Positions 9,638-19,178 of a stretch of DNA of 49,559 nucleotides are shown here, one piece after another. The stretch's first letter is position 1. Every line of letters starts with the position of its first letter. A program made the position numbers and the translations under genes. The notes under the pieces are model-generated. The model saw only the letters and a program-made list of their open reading frames with translations. It searched no databases and was not told where the DNA came from. Origin of the DNA: Pseudomonadota bacterium (lineage in GTDB: Bacteria > Pseudomonadota > Gammaproteobacteria > Burkholderiales > Burkholderiaceae_C); assembly GCA_041165385.1 (NCBI GenBank), contig JBEANP010000001.1, positions 1-49,559 on the forward strand, given 5' to 3'.

Positions 9638-10944
9638 AGCTCAATGTCATCCACACTGGTAGCGCTGGCTGCGGCCCGTTCGTTGGCGGTCATTTCGGTT
9701 TCTGCCAAAGTCAGCTTGTAATGCTGGCTTGGGTCAAATGTCTCGTGCAAGTCCACCCGATCCAACACATCTGCCACCAATTTTTTTAAGAACAAACGTG
9801 GTGCCACTCCCACTTTGCCACCAAGGCCGCCAGCAACTGCAGTGGCCAAGACTTCAATGTAGGTGTCATCGACCACACGCCGCAAACGTGCTTCATTGGG
9901 CTGGGTTGCTGCATAAATATCACGCACACGTTTGCCCACTGACACCAAGGAACCTTGGTCAAAAGGTGCCAGCCGAATTTGTACAGCACGCGGATTGTCA
10001 AATTTTCTATCGGTCCCAAAGTCCACGTGCAATCTCTGAGCCAGTGGCGCAAGCCGCTGAACACCTTGTGCACCATCAAAGAACGCCGGGGTTCCGGTGA
10101 TGACCAAATACAACCCAGGAAAGCGGCCTGTATCAATCTCATCGATCAACTGGCGCAAGGCATTCAAACCCCGTTCGCGCGTGTCAGCTCGCATGCGCTG
10201 AAGCGTTTCCACTTCGTCCAGCACCAATATCAAACCTGGGAAACCGCTGTCTCGAAGGATTGTTAGCAGTCCAATTAAGAAATTGGCCGCACCAAAATGA
10301 TCTAGCTCGCCCTTAATTCCTGCAGCGCGCTTTACGCTGGCCGCTACATTGGGCTGACCGGCCAACCAGCTAATCAAGCCTTCTGCTAGCTGGTTATGGC
10401 CATCAGCCAGCGCACGCCGATAGGTGCGCAGAACAGCAGAAAATGCCGGTGCTGACTTGCTGATCGTTGTTAGCTGTGCCTCCATCAAGGTTTGGGTTCG
10501 CTCCAACAGGGCATTGGCATCGTTTACGTCGACGGTTCCGTCTGCCAAGACATCTTGCTCCAAGGCAAAAAACCAACCATCAATAACACCGCGAAACGCG
10601 CCTGTTCCACTATCCGCAGTACCAAGGCGTTCAACCAATCGGCGGTAGATTGTTTCCAGGCGGTGCAAAGGCGTCTCTGTCTCATTGATTTGCACTTCAC
10701 TCGTCGCAAACCCCTTGGCTCTGGCGCGCTCTTGCAACCATCGACCAAAAAACGTCTTTCCGGTGCCGTACTCCCCACGAACGGCCTTAAAGCCGCCGCG
10801 TCCTGACGCTACTGTTGCCAGCTCTTCATCCAGCGTTGGCGCAAAGGAATCAATACCTACCGCCAGCGCATCCAGTCCGGCACTGGGTACGGTTCCGCGC
10901 CGAAGCGCGCCAATAATGTCATCACGTCGTGCGGCGCTGATCAT
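9634..10944 (-). CDS. brxD: BREX-2 ATP-binding protein BrxD
   Basis: ALRRGTVP N-terminus, GEYGTGKT Walker A, LVLDEVE Walker B; position between pglZ and the helicase. Confidence 0.92.
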   Translation of the reverse strand: MISAARRDDIIGALRRGTVPSAGLDALAVGIDSFAPTLDEELATVASGRGGFKAVRGEYGTGKTFFGRWLQERARAKGFATSEVQINETETPLHRLETIYRRLVERLGTADSGTGAFRGVIDGWFFALEQDVLADGTVDVNDANALLERTQTLMEAQLTTISKSAPAFSAVLRTYRRALADGHNQLAEGLISWLAGQPNVAASVKRAAGIKGELDHFGAANFLIGLLTILRDSGFPGLILVLDEVETLQRMRADTRERGLNALRQLIDEIDTGRFPGLYLVITGTPAFFDGAQGVQRLAPLAQRLHVDFGTDRKFDNPRAVQIRLAPFDQGSLVSVGKRVRDIYAATQPNEARLRRVVDDTYIEVLATAVAGGLGGKVGVAPRLFLKKLVADVLDRVDLHETFDPSQHYKLTLAETEMTANERAAASATSVDDIEL

Positions 10945-13646
10945 CGGCTACCCCCGGCAAAGCCAATGCGAAATTGCTGCAAAAGCAGGACCCGATTCAG
11001 CTCAACTGTTCCGGCAACTTCGTCCACCAAAAGCACGGTAGCCTGGTCCACATTGAGGACTCGGCGGGCGGCACTCAGCATGCCGTTCAACCGTATTTCT
11101 GGCACTGAAATTCTTTGCGCCAACGCAGCACGCGAAAGCTTTCCGCCACGTTCTGCCAAAGCAGATAACATTTTTCGCATCTGTTCATCTGGTGGTGCCA
11201 CGCGTGCTGCCAATGCGCGTTGTGACACATAAACTTGGCTTTGCATCAGTGCGTCAATCCAATCCTCAGCTTGAGCTGGTGCCGTTGCCGGAATGGGTGC
11301 AAGCACCGTGTCAAACAACTGGTCTTGCCCAACAGGTGGCGCCACAACCTTTTTCGATGAAGTGCGTGGAGCTGGTGTGACTTGGGCAGTTGCCGCAGGT
11401 ACCGTCGCCAAATTCGGCAGATCCCACCATTCGGGTTGAGCTGGAAGCGCCGGCTGCCACTCTGGCAAGCTCATTCCATAGGGAACCAATACGGACAGAG
11501 GAACAGTCACTTCTTGTAGTGAAACACCGCCGTGATAGCCGTTTTTACGACCAGCATACCGGATGCTTTCGCTCCATAAGCACGCTATCGAAGTTGCTCC
11601 TGTAGCGGTTCTTACGCGTCCGTTCGATAAAACGACTTCATTATCATTTGCGACATCAGTGCCAATGCGCCAACGATCACTTTCGCCACCGCTGATTTGC
11701 GTAGTGCCATCTTCCAGAAGGTGCCCATGGTCGGCAGTGACGATAACGATGCGCCGTGCTGCCTTGGCTTCATTGAGGATTGGCAATATCAAACGCAGAT
11801 CTTCCAGACTCCAGCGCTGATTCAATTGGTCAGGCCCACTCAGGTGGTCATCGACAGCGTTGTAAACCAATCCAACAATGCGTTGATGTGGGTTGGCAAT
11901 GGCAGTGCGAACTTCATTCGAGAGATTGGTTGAATCACTCAAATCACCCTTGTGAAACAGTTTGGGTGGAACATCTGTGCGTGATTGAGCCAGCAATGCT
12001 GCATGGGCCGAAAACCCTGACTTCTCGAATGCCGCTGCACCTGTGGTGAGCTTGCCGCAAAGCAGGGTGGCACGGCTGACCTCCGTAACTGTCGGAAAAG
12101 CCGCTACACCCGCTAGTGGCTTAGACAAGGCGGATGGCACTTGTTCCACCCAACCAAGCCGTTCCGGTTTGGCGAAAAGTTCTCTGAAAATGCTGGTGCT
12201 CAGGCCGTCCACCACCAGTAAAAGCACTGGTTGCAGTGCCGCCAGCGGTGCCACCACGCGCTCCAACACGGATTCCAATGGCACTACACGACCGTCTGCA
12301 CCTGGTGCTTGGGCATTCCAGCGCTGCAATGTTTGGGCAAACTTTTGACCCAATGCATTGCGCCTGGTGATGACGACGCTGCGCACCAACTCATAGGCAT
12401 GTGACACCTCCACCAGCTCATCGCCACCAAGCAGTCGAAAGCGTGCCCAGTCAACGAAGGCACCTTCATCCGCTTGCCAACAAACCAGGTCGGCAACCGA
12501 CAAGGCATTTGTTGTTGGCCGGACCATCCAGCGTGCCATGCGCCTCGCCATTTCAACCCGATCAGCACGATGCGTTTGGCTCGCCGCCAATACGTGAGCC
12601 AAAACGCGGTTGACTGCGTCTTCGACCAATACCAATGTGGTGTCAGTTGGGGCCTGTACATGTTGTGTAAGTGCTGCGGCAAAGCTACGCATGCGCTGGT
12701 CAAATCCCATGGGCAAAACATCGCTCAAATGTGCAAATTCCCCAACGCGCAAGTCGGTCAACAAAGCATCCGCTCGGTCCATGGCCGACCGATACAAATC
12801 AGCGCCACTTTCACGCACCAGCTGTTGGGCGGCTTGTGACCATGCGCGACCCTCCACAACACCCACATGGGCATCGTTTACAAAGCGCTCAAGGCGGATG
12901 GCAGCATTGCCCAAAGTGGTCTGTCCTTCACCTGCTGGTGCATACAGAACTCCACACACCAGACCCAAGGCCATTGCGTCCCCGGTACGGCCAGCCTCAA
13001 CACAGGCCAACACGATCTTTCCGGCAATACCTGCAGACTCATCTAACCAGTTGAATGCGTCCGGCCTGGCGTTGGCTGGCAGTAAGTTGATGGATGCATC
13101 GGTGGTCGGCTGCATCGTCCAGCGCAATAGCGCTGTTGCATCGGGTCGCGGCGAATCGAGCTGAAGAAACCGTTTTAACAATTCTTTCCAAGCAGTTTCC
13201 AGATCCAAAAACCCGTTGGCAACTGGGGTGTAGGCACCTTGTGCAGTTCCGTCTATCAGCACCTGAGGCATCCAGGAATACCGGCCCAACCTGGCATCAA
13301 TCTCTTTGGCACCAAAAAGCTGACGCACGATTTCCCAGCCCTCTGGCTGGAAAACTCGGCCTCGTGCCAACCTGGCAGTGATGTCTTCTGCGATCTCATT
13401 GGTATTGAGCGGCGTCAACAACACCAACCCTTCTAGCGCAGCATCCACCTGCTCAACATCGCTTAAAGACTCACGCATGGCCAACATGGAATCGCACCAG
13501 CGCAAAGCGAACCTTCGCCCTTGGTGCGGGATTGATTCCGGCCATGCCTGTTTGCTTGCCGCTTTGATGGCAATTGCCAAGGCTTTAGGTTCGCGCGCCA
13601 ACACCGCATCCAGTTGCGCGGAAATTTGGGGAACCGATACCGTCAT
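10941..13646 (-). CDS. pglZ: BREX-2 alkaline-phosphatase-family protein PglZ
   Basis: LLVVDGL, PTVTEVSR, TADHGH and YHGG motifs; ATG at 13646 overlaps the pglY TGA (ATGA), preferred over 13676. Confidence 0.93.
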   Translation of the reverse strand: MTVSVPQISAQLDAVLAREPKALAIAIKAASKQAWPESIPHQGRRFALRWCDSMLAMRESLSDVEQVDAALEGLVLLTPLNTNEIAEDITARLARGRVFQPEGWEIVRQLFGAKEIDARLGRYSWMPQVLIDGTAQGAYTPVANGFLDLETAWKELLKRFLQLDSPRPDATALLRWTMQPTTDASINLLPANARPDAFNWLDESAGIAGKIVLACVEAGRTGDAMALGLVCGVLYAPAGEGQTTLGNAAIRLERFVNDAHVGVVEGRAWSQAAQQLVRESGADLYRSAMDRADALLTDLRVGEFAHLSDVLPMGFDQRMRSFAAALTQHVQAPTDTTLVLVEDAVNRVLAHVLAASQTHRADRVEMARRMARWMVRPTTNALSVADLVCWQADEGAFVDWARFRLLGGDELVEVSHAYELVRSVVITRRNALGQKFAQTLQRWNAQAPGADGRVVPLESVLERVVAPLAALQPVLLLVVDGLSTSIFRELFAKPERLGWVEQVPSALSKPLAGVAAFPTVTEVSRATLLCGKLTTGAAAFEKSGFSAHAALLAQSRTDVPPKLFHKGDLSDSTNLSNEVRTAIANPHQRIVGLVYNAVDDHLSGPDQLNQRWSLEDLRLILPILNEAKAARRIVIVTADHGHLLEDGTTQISGGESDRWRIGTDVANDNEVVLSNGRVRTATGATSIACLWSESIRYAGRKNGYHGGVSLQEVTVPLSVLVPYGMSLPEWQPALPAQPEWWDLPNLATVPAATAQVTPAPRTSSKKVVAPPVGQDQLFDTVLAPIPATAPAQAEDWIDALMQSQVYVSQRALAARVAPPDEQMRKMLSALAERGGKLSRAALAQRISVPEIRLNGMLSAARRVLNVDQATVLLVDEVAGTVELNRVLLLQQFRIGFAGGSR

Positions 13647-16600
13647 GGTTGAGTGCTCCGGCGTTGAATGCGCCAACTCAAACTCAACTCCAGTTCGTGG
13701 TCACCTTCCAATTTATCTTGTAAATTTTTCAATACCGTGGCTGCCGCTTCTGTGTCCAAGTCTGCCTTTTGAGCTTCTTCCACCAACACCGGTGCAGCAG
13801 GTGCAGTGCCACTTCCCGTAAATGGTGGCGGCACAGGCACCACAGGCATCGGCACTGGACCTGCACCAACTGGAATGCCTGTAGGTGGAAAAGGGGAGGG
13901 CACTGGCGAGGGCGCAGGAGCTGCAACAGTAAGCAAGCGAACGGCATCCCGTTCAAGCTCTTCCAGCCGCGACTTCAATGGAATCACATGCTCTTCGCTA
14001 GCCAGCACTTCAGTCAATCGGGTCAGTATGGATGCAGCAGCAGCCTGGCGATGGTCTTGCAGATCTCGCATGGCATCGAAGATCGTCCAGTTTGCGTTAT
14101 TCAGCGCATCAGCCACATTTTGGGCTTGCCCCATGCTGCGGCCCACTGCTGCTTCTGAAGTCTCAGTGGGCGCATTTGCAAAGGACTGAACCAGGTCAGT
14201 ATCTGTTGCTGCATGCAAGGTGGCCAACAATGCTTGGGCTGATTCACTGGTGCGAACACGCCCAGCAGTGGATGCACCATACCGAGTAGCACGGTCACGC
14301 ACTGCAACTACCAGCTTACTGACAGCTTCACGCTTGCCATTGGCTTCGCGGCGCACGTCATCCACCAAGCGGCCCACATTGGCCGCGTTCAGTGTTTGTG
14401 GCACCGTCAATCCAAACAAGCTTGCAGCACGTTGCACTGCGGTTGCCCAATGGCTTGCATCGGGCAATGATTGTTCCCGGAGCTCAAGTTCATCGGCCAA
14501 GCTGTCCACAGTGGGCTCCACCGGACCACCGCGCAAAATGAAGCGACGGTTTGTTAGCGCTGCAAAGCTCAGAATAATGAGATTCTGCAGCTCCAAGGGC
14601 AGCCCCATGGGGTTTGGCAAGTCGATCCATTTGCGCAATTGGCCCACGGTCATCGTACCGCCACCATCGCGGGCATGGCTTTGCGTAAAACGCGAACGCC
14701 AGTGGTCTTCCACCAGCAAGTGCGTCTCGCCCATTTGCCCCAATTGGCAGGGGTTTACTACGGAGCGAACCAAGCGGCGCGTAGCTGAATCCTGCACCAA
14801 ACCACGACGGTCAGTAGCTTCAATAGCGCGCTGCACTTCAGGCCAAATTTTGCGAATGACCGCTGGCTTGATGTCAGTGTCAAATTCTGGGTGGGCAGGG
14901 TACTGGTGGGCAAATAGTTGCCCCAATAGCCCCTCAAAAGCCTCCTTAAAACTGGCACCTATGGGAGGTCGTGGAGACAGTGTTGGGTCTAGAGACTGAA
15001 ACTGCTGGTCTGATGTCAGCGCATTGGTAACCGCATCGCGCGGTTCTGTGCTGATGCCAAAAGCCACTTCTAGCTGGCTACGTAATTTGCCACGCAATGA
15101 ATCCAATTGATTCTTGGCCAAGGCTTTGGCTTGCACCCGATCTACAAGGCTCAGGTGTCCGGCGTAGCTATCAAAACGGTCACCAGACAATATGTGGCTC
15201 AACACCACTTGCCGTCCCAAATCTGCCAGTGCTTTGTTGCTGAAGAAAGAGGGCAACCAAATCAACGTTTTGGTGTCACCACCGCGGTAGGCATCCAGGC
15301 GAGCAATGTCGTCGGCTGGGCTTCGGTTGGGTTCGTCAAACGGAAAATCCAAGATTACCGTCCATGCGCCTGATCGACCACGCAGGCGGTCATCAGTCAT
15401 TTCTCGCACGTTTTCGTACAGCAGCTCCACTTCGCGCCGGGTGCCGCGCCAGGTGAATTCGTAGGTGGTGAACAAGGCACCATCGTCAGGAATACCAAGT
15501 TCAGAAAACAAGCACTCGCGAATCTTTTTACGCCGGTTTCCGGCGTTGTCATTCGCCTCGGCGGCCCTTAAAATGGGCTCAATATCTACACCCGTAACCT
15601 GGATCGACACCACCGGGTTCTGGTCTTCGGTGACCTTGAGTTCACCGATTTTTGTGGACCAATCCTTGCATTTGCGCAGCACGTCCTGGGCTTCACGCCC
15701 CGGAATGGGCGACTTGAACGTTCCGTGGTTCAGTGCGGCCAGCCGTAAACCCGTTAAACCTTTGAGTGACTCCACTTCCGGGACCAAGGCGGCCAGCAGC
15801 AGTGTCTTGAGCAGCCGCGCATCGTTACGCAAGTTTTTGGCAGCAGTGGGGTCAGCCTGTCCGAGCGTGATGGCTTCCCAAGTCACATTGTGTTGCTCCT
15901 CCAACATGGGCAGCAAGCGCTGTGTGTACAGGCGTTTTGCATTGTCAAAATGCAGCCGCATTCCCTCTGAAAACGGTTCATCGCCTTGGCTGATCGCATC
16001 AAACAAATCACCCACCGGAATCAATTGACCCAGCTCCAGGTCACTGCGGCGGTCCACCAGCAACTGCATCATTAGCTTCAGCGCCGTGCGCTCACGCTGC
16101 AACGCGGCAGAAACCGCAATCAATGTTTGCACCAATGCTGGCGAAAACGGGTAGACCTTCTGGAACATCTCGCGGTCGGCCGACGTGGTCAACAGCGTGT
16201 CCAGCACTTCTCTGCGTACCCGCAGAATCTCTTCAAACGCAGTGTTCAACGTTTGCCGCGCAGCCTCATTGATTGGGCGCAATACCCGCTTTTCAGCAAT
16301 GGCTGGCAGATTGCGGTCTTCCAGGGTGATGCGGTGAAAGCGCGCTTCCCAGTGGCGCAAAACATCGCTGAACTGGGCTTGCACAGACCCGGCCAGGTTT
16401 TCACCCACCAGGTCACGCAGATCACGCTGTCGGGCGACAAAGCTAACCAGGGGAATGGGCCGGTCGTCATTGGTGGCTTCCACCAATTTCACTAACTTGG
16501 TACCTTCGCGGCTGACAAAACTCACATCAGCAGCATGGCTGGCCAGCCACAACACCAACTCATCCAGGAACAAGATGACTGCGTCATAACCCAGTGCTTG

Positions 16601-17377
16601 GGCGTGCCGCGTCATGATGCTCAGCCCGTTGTCCAGAGACACGAACGACTCACCACCACCGGCCAGAGTGCGGTATGAAGAATAATATTTGCTGATCAGG
16701 TCACCCACTAGGCGTGATCTCTCTTCACCGTTTGGTGCTTCTAGAGTGGCAGCGTCAAAGCTAGTGGCATCCCAGCCAGCATCCATGTCGCCCCATCCGC
16801 CACCGCCATCCCCACCATTGCTACCGCCGCCCGTGGCATTCTCATTCAGCTTGGCAAAAAAGGCGGTGTCGCCAATTTGTTCGCGCATGCGCTGGGCATC
16901 TTCAAACAGCCCTTCGGCCAAGTAAAAGCCAGGTACTGGTGCCTCGGGGTGAAGCCTGCGCACATGGTCGGCATATTGACCAAGAATGGCACTTTCCATA
17001 TCGCGCGCGCCGATCATGTGATAGGGCACGAGCAAGAATTTTTTGCCATGCGTCCAGCCATGCTGGGCGATGACGCTAGCCAGCTCTGGTATTGATCGCG
17101 CTTGCGTATTGCCAGCCAAAATCAGATTCAAAACAGCCATGAAGTGGCTCTTGCCGGAGCCAAAACTGCCATGCAGGTAAGCCGCTTTGCTGCCGCTGGT
17201 CACTACCGATTGCTTGATGAACCCCAGTGCATTGTCAAAAGCGTCTACCAACTGTGGTGTCACCACGTAGTCGCGCAGGGTTGCGTCAGCGTGGGTAACA
17301 CCTTCGGACAGCTTCAGCACGAAGTCGCCTTGGTGCACACGCTCCGGGATATTGATCAGGTCTTTTATTAATGTCAT
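13643..17377 (-). CDS. pglY: BREX-2 ATPase PglY
   Basis: DFVLKL N-terminus, YLHGSFGSGKSHFM Walker A, LFLDEL Walker B, YPFSPAL; RBS AGGAGA. Confidence 0.93.
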   Translation of the reverse strand: MTLIKDLINIPERVHQGDFVLKLSEGVTHADATLRDYVVTPQLVDAFDNALGFIKQSVVTSGSKAAYLHGSFGSGKSHFMAVLNLILAGNTQARSIPELASVIAQHGWTHGKKFLLVPYHMIGARDMESAILGQYADHVRRLHPEAPVPGFYLAEGLFEDAQRMREQIGDTAFFAKLNENATGGGSNGGDGGGGWGDMDAGWDATSFDAATLEAPNGEERSRLVGDLISKYYSSYRTLAGGGESFVSLDNGLSIMTRHAQALGYDAVILFLDELVLWLASHAADVSFVSREGTKLVKLVEATNDDRPIPLVSFVARQRDLRDLVGENLAGSVQAQFSDVLRHWEARFHRITLEDRNLPAIAEKRVLRPINEAARQTLNTAFEEILRVRREVLDTLLTTSADREMFQKVYPFSPALVQTLIAVSAALQRERTALKLMMQLLVDRRSDLELGQLIPVGDLFDAISQGDEPFSEGMRLHFDNAKRLYTQRLLPMLEEQHNVTWEAITLGQADPTAAKNLRNDARLLKTLLLAALVPEVESLKGLTGLRLAALNHGTFKSPIPGREAQDVLRKCKDWSTKIGELKVTEDQNPVVSIQVTGVDIEPILRAAEANDNAGNRRKKIRECLFSELGIPDDGALFTTYEFTWRGTRREVELLYENVREMTDDRLRGRSGAWTVILDFPFDEPNRSPADDIARLDAYRGGDTKTLIWLPSFFSNKALADLGRQVVLSHILSGDRFDSYAGHLSLVDRVQAKALAKNQLDSLRGKLRSQLEVAFGISTEPRDAVTNALTSDQQFQSLDPTLSPRPPIGASFKEAFEGLLGQLFAHQYPAHPEFDTDIKPAVIRKIWPEVQRAIEATDRRGLVQDSATRRLVRSVVNPCQLGQMGETHLLVEDHWRSRFTQSHARDGGGTMTVGQLRKWIDLPNPMGLPLELQNLIILSFAALTNRRFILRGGPVEPTVDSLADELELREQSLPDASHWATAVQRAASLFGLTVPQTLNAANVGRLVDDVRREANGKREAVSKLVVAVRDRATRYGASTAGRVRTSESAQALLATLHAATDTDLVQSFANAPTETSEAAVGRSMGQAQNVADALNNANWTIFDAMRDLQDHRQAAAASILTRLTEVLASEEHVIPLKSRLEELERDAVRLLTVAAPAPSPVPSPFPPTGIPVGAGPVPMPVVPVPPPFTGSGTAPAAPVLVEEAQKADLDTEAAATVLKNLQDKLEGDHELELSLSWRIQRRSTQP

Positions 17378-17416
17378 TTTTTGGTATCTCCCTGTGGCTT
17401 ATCCGGCCATTCAAAT

Positions 17417-17977
17417 TCAAGGCTTTGCAGTTTTCTTGGCGGCAGCTTTGGCTTTGGCTGGCTTCGCGGCTGCGGGTTCAATTTGCGGTGCTGGGCTTTC
17501 CTGCGAAATGGGAGTGGCCTGCTTTAGGTCGTGAAAATGCACGGTCGGCAACATCACCGGTCCGGCTGGCATGCGCGACGTTAGCGCTAGCAACTGCTCC
17601 CGAATGGCAGACCACAGCAGTGCGGCACCATTCACAGTCACTAAGTCATGCGCAGACCCAAGTTTCTCGGCGCCTTTGGAAAGCACAACGATGCCAGCCG
17701 CCTCAATATCGATCCGGTAGGGTGAGAACTTGCGGTCGGGCTCATCGGTATCAGCTTTGTTGTCGATTAGCACTTGCAATGACACCAGATACATCGGCCC
17801 ACGCTCATGGATCATGTCGATTTCGGCCAAGCCCACTTCGGTCGTAATACCTATGCCATCAAAAACGAACACTGTCGTTAAAGGATTGGTCGGTTCGGTC
17901 GGTGCGTGTGCTTGGTCAATCTCTACATAGACACGTTTAAAAGTTAGCTGTAGAAGCTGAATGGGGCTTGGCTTCAT
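17417..17977 (-). CDS. SecB-like chaperone (TAC chaperone)
   Basis: SPIQLLQLTF N-terminus and VNGAALLWSAIREQLLALTSRMPAGPVMLPTV C-terminal SecB signature; ATGA overlap with the antitoxin. Confidence 0.85.
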   Translation of the reverse strand: MKPSPIQLLQLTFKRVYVEIDQAHAPTEPTNPLTTVFVFDGIGITTEVGLAEIDMIHERGPMYLVSLQVLIDNKADTDEPDRKFSPYRIDIEAAGIVVLSKGAEKLGSAHDLVTVNGAALLWSAIREQLLALTSRMPAGPVMLPTVHFHDLKQATPISQESPAPQIEPAAAKPAKAKAAAKKTAKP

Positions 17978-18648
17978 GATGCTGATGCCCGTTGGGCTGT
18001 CGAATGTCCGTCGTTGCTGGCGTCATGCAGCGTCATGGTTTGCCGTGTTCCCACCTGGTGAGAAAACCATGCTTTTGCAAAGTTATTAACCTGGTTTGGA
18101 ACGGTACCTGTCTGAACGTAGCGCTCTTGATGCCTTGGGTTTGCTTGTGCTGCGTCGTAAACCTTCGTCAACGATCGCACTTTCACCCGTTGCTCATCCT
18201 CACAACGAGCTGACCACAGTGGCAGCTCGATGCCAGCTTTGTCAGCCAGACTCTTCATCACAGTCGGGCTTTCAATTGCCAATTGCAGCAACAGTGTGGT
18301 GCTGTCATCGGGGTAGGTCACTTCATTCTCGTAACGAGAGAATGCAATGATTCCCTTACCAAAAATGGCAGACGCATTCTGCTGTGTCAGTCCATAACGT
18401 TGCCGAATAGCCAATATTTCTTCGCCCATCAGCAGATTGCCATAGTGGGCCTTGCGCGCAGCCAGGCGAGCCAGATTTTCCGTGTGCTGTGAAGCAAAGG
18501 TTCTCTCAGCACCGCATTGGTCACAGCGCGTGGTCAGCAGTGTCACTTGAAAGGTTTTGCCGTTCGGGCTGAATTCCCTAGTCCGCTCTGCCTGATGCAG
18601 GTGGCCCTTTTTGCAAGATGGGCACGTGGGTAGATTGTTTTTAGTCAT
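17974..18648 (-). CDS. mqsA: MqsA-family antitoxin with C-terminal extension (putative chaperone-addiction tail)
   Basis: Zn-ribbon CPSC...CDQC, XRE HTH IRQRYGLTQQNASAIFGKGIIAFSRYEN, then about 80 extra low-structure residues. Confidence 0.88.
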   Translation of the reverse strand: MTKNNLPTCPSCKKGHLHQAERTREFSPNGKTFQVTLLTTRCDQCGAERTFASQHTENLARLAARKAHYGNLLMGEEILAIRQRYGLTQQNASAIFGKGIIAFSRYENEVTYPDDSTTLLLQLAIESPTVMKSLADKAGIELPLWSARCEDEQRVKVRSLTKVYDAAQANPRHQERYVQTGTVPNQVNNFAKAWFSHQVGTRQTMTLHDASNDGHSTAQRASAS

Positions 18649-18685
18649 TTTTAGCCTGTCTATTTATTGTTAGCTGGCCAGATAT

Positions 18686-19129
18686 TTAGCGTGGCGCGTG
18701 GCATGACACCAATACGAGAGTGAGTGTCCCATCCGTTTCGATTGAAAACTTCATGTACACCTCAAGTCCTTTGGCGCTTCGGACCTGTCTGATGGAGTCA
18801 TACCGCATTACATAAACATCGCAAGGTACGGTGGCACCGCCATTGACCTTGCACCATTCGGATTTGTCATAGTCGCTTGCCGTCAAGCTGACCAGCATCT
18901 GCACTACGTTTTCGTAAGTCCACTTGTAGTTCTCCAGGTCAATTTCACAACGATCTGTTGCCACCCAAATGGCATCAAGATCGAAATCCGCAGACTTCAA
19001 CACCGACTGAAGCCCTTTGAGGTCGATCAAGGCACCACCGCCAATCCGCCTGCTTTTTGGGGCGGATGGGTTGTAAGCGGGCAGTTTTGACGGGTCTATC
19101 CGCCACAAAGCAGAGTATGAGTTTATCAC
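18686..19129 (-). CDS. mqsR: MqsR-like endoribonuclease toxin
   Basis: LTASDYDKSEWC...CDVY...YMKFSI...LVSCH pattern; directly upstream of the MqsA-like antitoxin. Confidence 0.75.
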   Translation of the reverse strand: MINSYSALWRIDPSKLPAYNPSAPKSRRIGGGALIDLKGLQSVLKSADFDLDAIWVATDRCEIDLENYKWTYENVVQMLVSLTASDYDKSEWCKVNGGATVPCDVYVMRYDSIRQVRSAKGLEVYMKFSIETDGTLTLVLVSCHAPR

Positions 19130-19138
19130 GGTGATAAA
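19122..19138. promoter_or_regulatory. Perfect palindrome, likely antitoxin operator of the TAC module
   Basis: TTTATCAC-G-GTGATAAA overlaps the toxin start codon; a TTGACG -35-like hexamer lies upstream on the minus strand. Confidence 0.6.
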
Positions 19139-19178
19139 TCAAGCGGGAAAAACCCGAGTCCGTCAAAAGGGGATCGAC

